Shown here: positions 25,081 to 28,577 of the stretch, piece after piece | How the letters are laid out: each line of letters opens with the position of its first letter | Numbering within the stretch: the first letter of the stretch is position 1 | Origin: Bacteriovoracaceae bacterium | Lineage (GTDB): Bacteria; Bdellovibrionota; Bacteriovoracia; Bacteriovoracales; Bacteriovoracaceae | Assembly (NCBI GenBank): GCA_041586955.1 | Contig: JBFGZE010000037.1 | Coordinates: 1-28,577 of the forward strand | DNA: 28,577 bases | Reading direction: 5' to 3' | Notes under the pieces: generated by a model | Seen by the model: only the letters and a program-made list of their open reading frames with translations | Databases searched by the model: none | Told to the model about the DNA's origin: nothing | Made by a program: the position numbers and the translations under genes

Positions 25081-26784
25081 GTGAAAAATCTATTATTTTG
25101 TATTTTACTTGGTACATTCTCTTGTGTACCTGCAACAAAAGTTGGTGATAAATTTGAAGTTTCTCTTTCTGAAGAGGGCGGGGCTTCGGTGACGATGACT
25201 GGCGCTCAGCTTTACACAATTAACTGTGCTAGCTGTCACGGAGCTTTAGAGTCCTCATTGAAAAAGGATTCGTCCTCTGATTCTATTCTGCAAGCAATTG
25301 TGAATGTTCCTGGAATGAGTCATTTAGATATGTTAACGGGTGAGCATATTAATGCCATTGCACTTGCTCTTAAAAGTGAGGCACCGGTAAGCACATCAAC
25401 GGCCCCTGCACCGACTCCGTCTCCTGCACCGGCGCCCGCACCCGCACCTACGACCCAGGTGAGTGTCGATTATGAAAGTTTCTTTCGTCACCCGTTTCAC
25501 AAAAACTCAGCGTGGAATATTAGACCAGAAAATCCTGTACTAGGGTCTCAAGGATTACAATCAAATACGTATAAACCACAAATAAGTAATGATAAATGGT
25601 CAGTAAAAGTTTTTAGGGCGGAAAAAACAGATCCTCCTCAGACCATCTATGCCCTTGATCCAGCAAAAGGGATTGCTGATCCAGACTCGGGTTATAATAG
25701 AAAATCAATTGTTATCCCCCATTGGCCAAAAGGGGTCTATGGAGCAGTTGAAGCCGATGGACATGCTGATGTTATTGATATGGCCAATGGTATAGTCCAC
25801 TCTTTTTGGAGACTTAAAAAAGATGCCACTACAGGCCAATATAAAGCAGATATGTGGGCGTGGACAAAACTTGATGGTCGAGGGTTTGCTGATCCATCGC
25901 ATACCTATCAAGGTGCAAGAGCGAGTGGTCTTGCGACTATGGGTGGTTTAATAAGAATTCATGAAGTAAATGACGGTAAGGACATGTATCACCACGCATT
26001 AGCAATGTCCCTTCCTGCAGAGTCATTATCGAAGAGCTATATTTACCCAGCGACTTCAACAGATAGTAATGCTGAATATGTCCACATTGGTAATATCCCA
26101 GACGGTGCCTTGATGATGCTTCCTGCAAGTTTTCCTGTCGAATCATTAAACAAAGAGTCGATGCGAAAAATAGCAAGAACATTAAAAACTTATGGAGCAA
26201 GGGTTGTCGACCGTAATACAGGCACTCCGTACGCCATTTATGCCGAAATAGGCACGCCTGCTCTTGGAGACTATAGTGATTTAGTGGCCATAAGAAAAGC
26301 TCTTAAGGTGGTTACAGGTCAAAGCTCGTGGATAAATAAAATAGGCGAAAATGTTCCTAACTCCTTCTTTGAAAATGAGAAAAAAGGGTTTGGTGTTGAT
26401 TTATTCTCCCTTAGATTAATTAATAAAGTAGTTCGCGGAGAAGCAAGTGAAGTCGGGACTTTTGATTCGTTATCAAAGTCTGTTAAATGGGGTAAAACAG
26501 GGGCGACTGCTGTCGTTCAAACTTCAAACTGGAGCTCCGGGATAAACTATAATAGAATTAATTGGGGACGATTGGTCGATGGGGCAACCTATAAGGTTAT
26601 AGGTGAATCAACAAATGGTGCAAAATGTACCATAAAAATTGGAAATCAAAGTGTTGTCGTTGATAAAGATAACAAAGAGGGGACATTTGTATTTGAATCA
26701 GGCAATTATATAACTCCCTATCTTACCAGTGGTATAAACCAAAATTCTTCATCAATAAAATGCACAATTAGAAGGGTTCAGTAA
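25081..26784 (+). CDS. Exported (probably lipid-anchored) monoheme c-type cytochrome domain + Pro/Ala/Thr linker + large domain of unknown function
   Basis: GTG start with GAGGGAG RBS; signal ending FSC (Cys15, non-canonical lipobox); GAQLY...CASCHG (C49-H53), candidate axial Met79, LT...I.AI..AL terminal helix; APAPTPSPAPAPAPAPT linker. Confidence 0.75.
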   Translation: MKNLLFCILLGTFSCVPATKVGDKFEVSLSEEGGASVTMTGAQLYTINCASCHGALESSLKKDSSSDSILQAIVNVPGMSHLDMLTGEHINAIALALKSEAPVSTSTAPAPTPSPAPAPAPAPTTQVSVDYESFFRHPFHKNSAWNIRPENPVLGSQGLQSNTYKPQISNDKWSVKVFRAEKTDPPQTIYALDPAKGIADPDSGYNRKSIVIPHWPKGVYGAVEADGHADVIDMANGIVHSFWRLKKDATTGQYKADMWAWTKLDGRGFADPSHTYQGARASGLATMGGLIRIHEVNDGKDMYHHALAMSLPAESLSKSYIYPATSTDSNAEYVHIGNIPDGALMMLPASFPVESLNKESMRKIARTLKTYGARVVDRNTGTPYAIYAEIGTPALGDYSDLVAIRKALKVVTGQSSWINKIGENVPNSFFENEKKGFGVDLFSLRLINKVVRGEASEVGTFDSLSKSVKWGKTGATAVVQTSNWSSGINYNRINWGRLVDGATYKVIGESTNGAKCTIKIGNQSVVVDKDNKEGTFVFESGNYITPYLTSGINQNSSSIKCTIRRVQ

Positions 26785-26818
26785 CAAAATGTTAAAAGTT
26801 AATTGCAAAAATAGATAG

Positions 26819-26880
26819 GTAGCACATGTTGAGGATAGTTAATTTTTCGGTGTAATATTAATTATCCTCAACATGTCTAC
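26819..26880. repeat. Long intergenic inverted repeat bounded by GTAG...CTAC
   Basis: GTAGCACATGTTGAGGATAGTTAAT / ATTAATTATCCTCAACATGTCTAC: 24-bp stem, one bulge, one G-U, 13-nt loop. Confidence 0.8.
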
Positions 26881-27141
26881 ATTGTAATTCATAGGTGAAT
26901 GTATATTTTTTTTATCGGATAAGGTTCTATTTACCATAAGGATAACCATTCTGTTTGAGTTAGCTCATTTCCCAACATTTATTGAACTCTCACGTTGCCC
27001 AGAAAAAACACAACATTAAAAAATATTTTCGATTATAGTCATATTTTAACCTAATTGATCTAAAGGCCACTTTTATTATTCATATTTTTGTAGTTATATA
27101 TTCTCAGATGAATTAGAAAGTATTCTATTAGGGGATTTATA

Positions 27142-28074
27142 ATGACACTTCTTTTCACTATTTTCGCGAGCTTTTTTTTTCAGGTTTATGCTGAAACTGC
27201 GGAGATATTAATTGTTCCTAAAGGGACAAATTTGAATTTTTGGAGACTTGTAGAAAAAGGTGCAAAAAAAGCATCCTTAGAGTATAAAACACCCATTATC
27301 TGGAGAGGGCCGGTAGATGATTGGGATATTAAGGCCCAAGTTAAAATAGCCGAAAGGTACCTTAATTCAGAAATTAAAGTTCTCGTTTTAGCGCCCGCAC
27401 ATGAGCAGGCCTTAACTACTGTTGCTCAAAAATTTAAAAAAAAAGGCAAAAAGGTCATTGTTTTTGATTCGGCCTTAAAAGGAAACTTGCATGATTCTTT
27501 CATCGCGACAGATAATTTTAATTCAGGATTGTTAATAGGAAATTATTTTGCAACTTTGATCCCTCCAAATGGAAAAATAATGGTTGCCCGAAATCTAAAA
27601 GGCAGCGACTCAACTGATAAGCGAGTCTCTGGTTTTATTCAGGCCATTAAGGAATCAAAAAAAAATATTCATATTGTTACTAATAACCAAGGAGTGGCCA
27701 AAGTTCGTTCTTCACTCCATCATACACTTGATAGTCTGAAACTGACTCCCGGTATCGTTGGGATTTTTGCTCCTAATGAGTCCACTATGGAGGGAGTTAT
27801 TCGCGCAACTAAACGTCTCAATCGAAAAGACCTTATTTTAGCAGGCTTTGACATTAATAAAACAATTTATAATGCCCTCAAAGAGGGGATGGTTAAAGCA
27901 CTTATTTTACAAGATCCTGTAGAGATGGGTTATCAAAGTACTTCTTTGGCAATTAAATTATTGAAAGATCAGCCGATTAAAAAAAGGATAACCCTCCCAT
28001 CTCTCCTTGTTACCGGAGAAAATTATCAAAAGACTGAAATAGTTAATCTTATAAGGCAAATGATTGGTCAGTAG
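27142..28074 (+). CDS. Periplasmic sugar-binding protein (RbsB-like, type I PBP)
   Basis: Signal peptide; IVPKG....FW..V..GA..A, IVFDS, IATDN...G, ST..R..GF, GIFAPNE, AGFD, LILQDP..MGY. Confidence 0.88.
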   Translation: MTLLFTIFASFFFQVYAETAEILIVPKGTNLNFWRLVEKGAKKASLEYKTPIIWRGPVDDWDIKAQVKIAERYLNSEIKVLVLAPAHEQALTTVAQKFKKKGKKVIVFDSALKGNLHDSFIATDNFNSGLLIGNYFATLIPPNGKIMVARNLKGSDSTDKRVSGFIQAIKESKKNIHIVTNNQGVAKVRSSLHHTLDSLKLTPGIVGIFAPNESTMEGVIRATKRLNRKDLILAGFDINKTIYNALKEGMVKALILQDPVEMGYQSTSLAIKLLKDQPIKKRITLPSLLVTGENYQKTEIVNLIRQMIGQ

Positions 28075-28178
28075 CTGACTACCTTTAGCTTATTCTAATG
28101 GGCCTTTTTTTGTAAAAGTTACTTTTAAGGTCGCCTATTTCGGCCACTTTTGTTAGGTTGGCCAAATAAGAGGTATTT

Positions 28179-28577
28179 ATGAAACGAGTTGTGGCGATTT
28201 TAGTTTTCTTTAGTTATTTTAGTTTGTTTGCAAAAGATGTAAATGTTTTGAACACAGAAATTCAAAATATGTTTGTAAACCTGAGACCGACTCTGGCCAA
28301 AAGGGTTACGAATGAACTTAGTGCTCTCGTGGCCAAGGAACTAGAGGAAAATAAAGATAAAAAACTTAAGGTTTTGAGTGCAACTATTGTTAAAAATAAT
28401 ATTTTAAATTATCCGCTTAAGTTTTATAAGATTGACGAGTCGGGAGCGGTTATAGGTACTCCTGAAGTCAACCCATGGAGATTAACAATTCATGCTAAAG
28501 TTCGCTATAGTGGAAAGCACGTCAATACCACGAAATTGCTAAAGATTAGAATTAAGAAACTAACTTTCAAATTAAGG
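28179..28577 (+). CDS. Partial secreted hypothetical protein (runs off the right edge)
   Basis: Not in the ORF track. RBS AGAGG, ATG 28179, open for 133 codons to the window end: MKRVVAILVFFSYFSLFA-KDVNVLNTEIQ... Confidence 0.75.
   Translation, partial: MKRVVAILVFFSYFSLFAKDVNVLNTEIQNMFVNLRPTLAKRVTNELSALVAKELEENKDKKLKVLSATIVKNNILNYPLKFYKIDESGAVIGTPEVNPWRLTIHAKVRYSGKHVNTTKLLKIRIKKLTFKLR

Noticed and set aside
24881..25219. 112-aa minus and 85-aa plus ORFs at the cytochrome gene start
   Set aside because: Overlap the promoter and 5' end of the well-supported 567-aa gene; no motifs.
25380..25455. GC-rich CCTGCACCG-type repeats
   Set aside because: Encode the Pro/Ala linker; not a CRISPR or mobile repeat.
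26912..26938. Minus-strand TCCGATAA sigma28 -10-like box
   Set aside because: No matching -35 at 15 nt and no gene downstream on that strand.
1..28577. CRISPR arrays, tRNA/rRNA, prophage or defence genes; remaining short nested ORFs in the track
   Set aside because: No regularly spaced direct repeats, cloverleaf or rRNA signature, or recognisable phage/defence motifs; the short ORFs are nested in or antisense to supported genes.

Overview
AT-rich bacterial chromosomal window. Gene style (many secreted hypotheticals, atypical TolC paralogues, sigma54- and sigma28-like promoters) suggests Bdellovibrionota/Bacteriovoracia; this is an inference, not verified. From left to right: (1) the truncated 5' end of an IS1-like zinc-ribbon ORF at the window edge; (2) mepA and four secreted proteins, two of them candidate papain-like (NlpC/P60-type) Cys-His enzymes, one translationally coupled to a small exported partner; (3) two tandem atypical TolC-like genes followed by a Wzy-type surface-polysaccharide cluster (degenerate BY-kinase-like protein, co-polymerase, Wzy/WaaL-like protein, GT2, GT4), converging on an MpaA-like peptidase plus GT4 pair; (4) tyrS, rnhA, a lipoprotein and an FKBP PPIase; (5) a secreted pullulanase, a divergent c-type cytochrome fused to a domain I cannot assign, an orphan sugar-binding protein and a partial secreted ORF. 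No rRNA, tRNA or CRISPR array was seen. The best candidate for an undescribed system is the polysaccharide locus: it has no Wza/OPX exporter in the window, but has two short-barrel TolC paralogues and a probable pseudokinase. All family assignments come from motif recognition by eye; no database searches were run.
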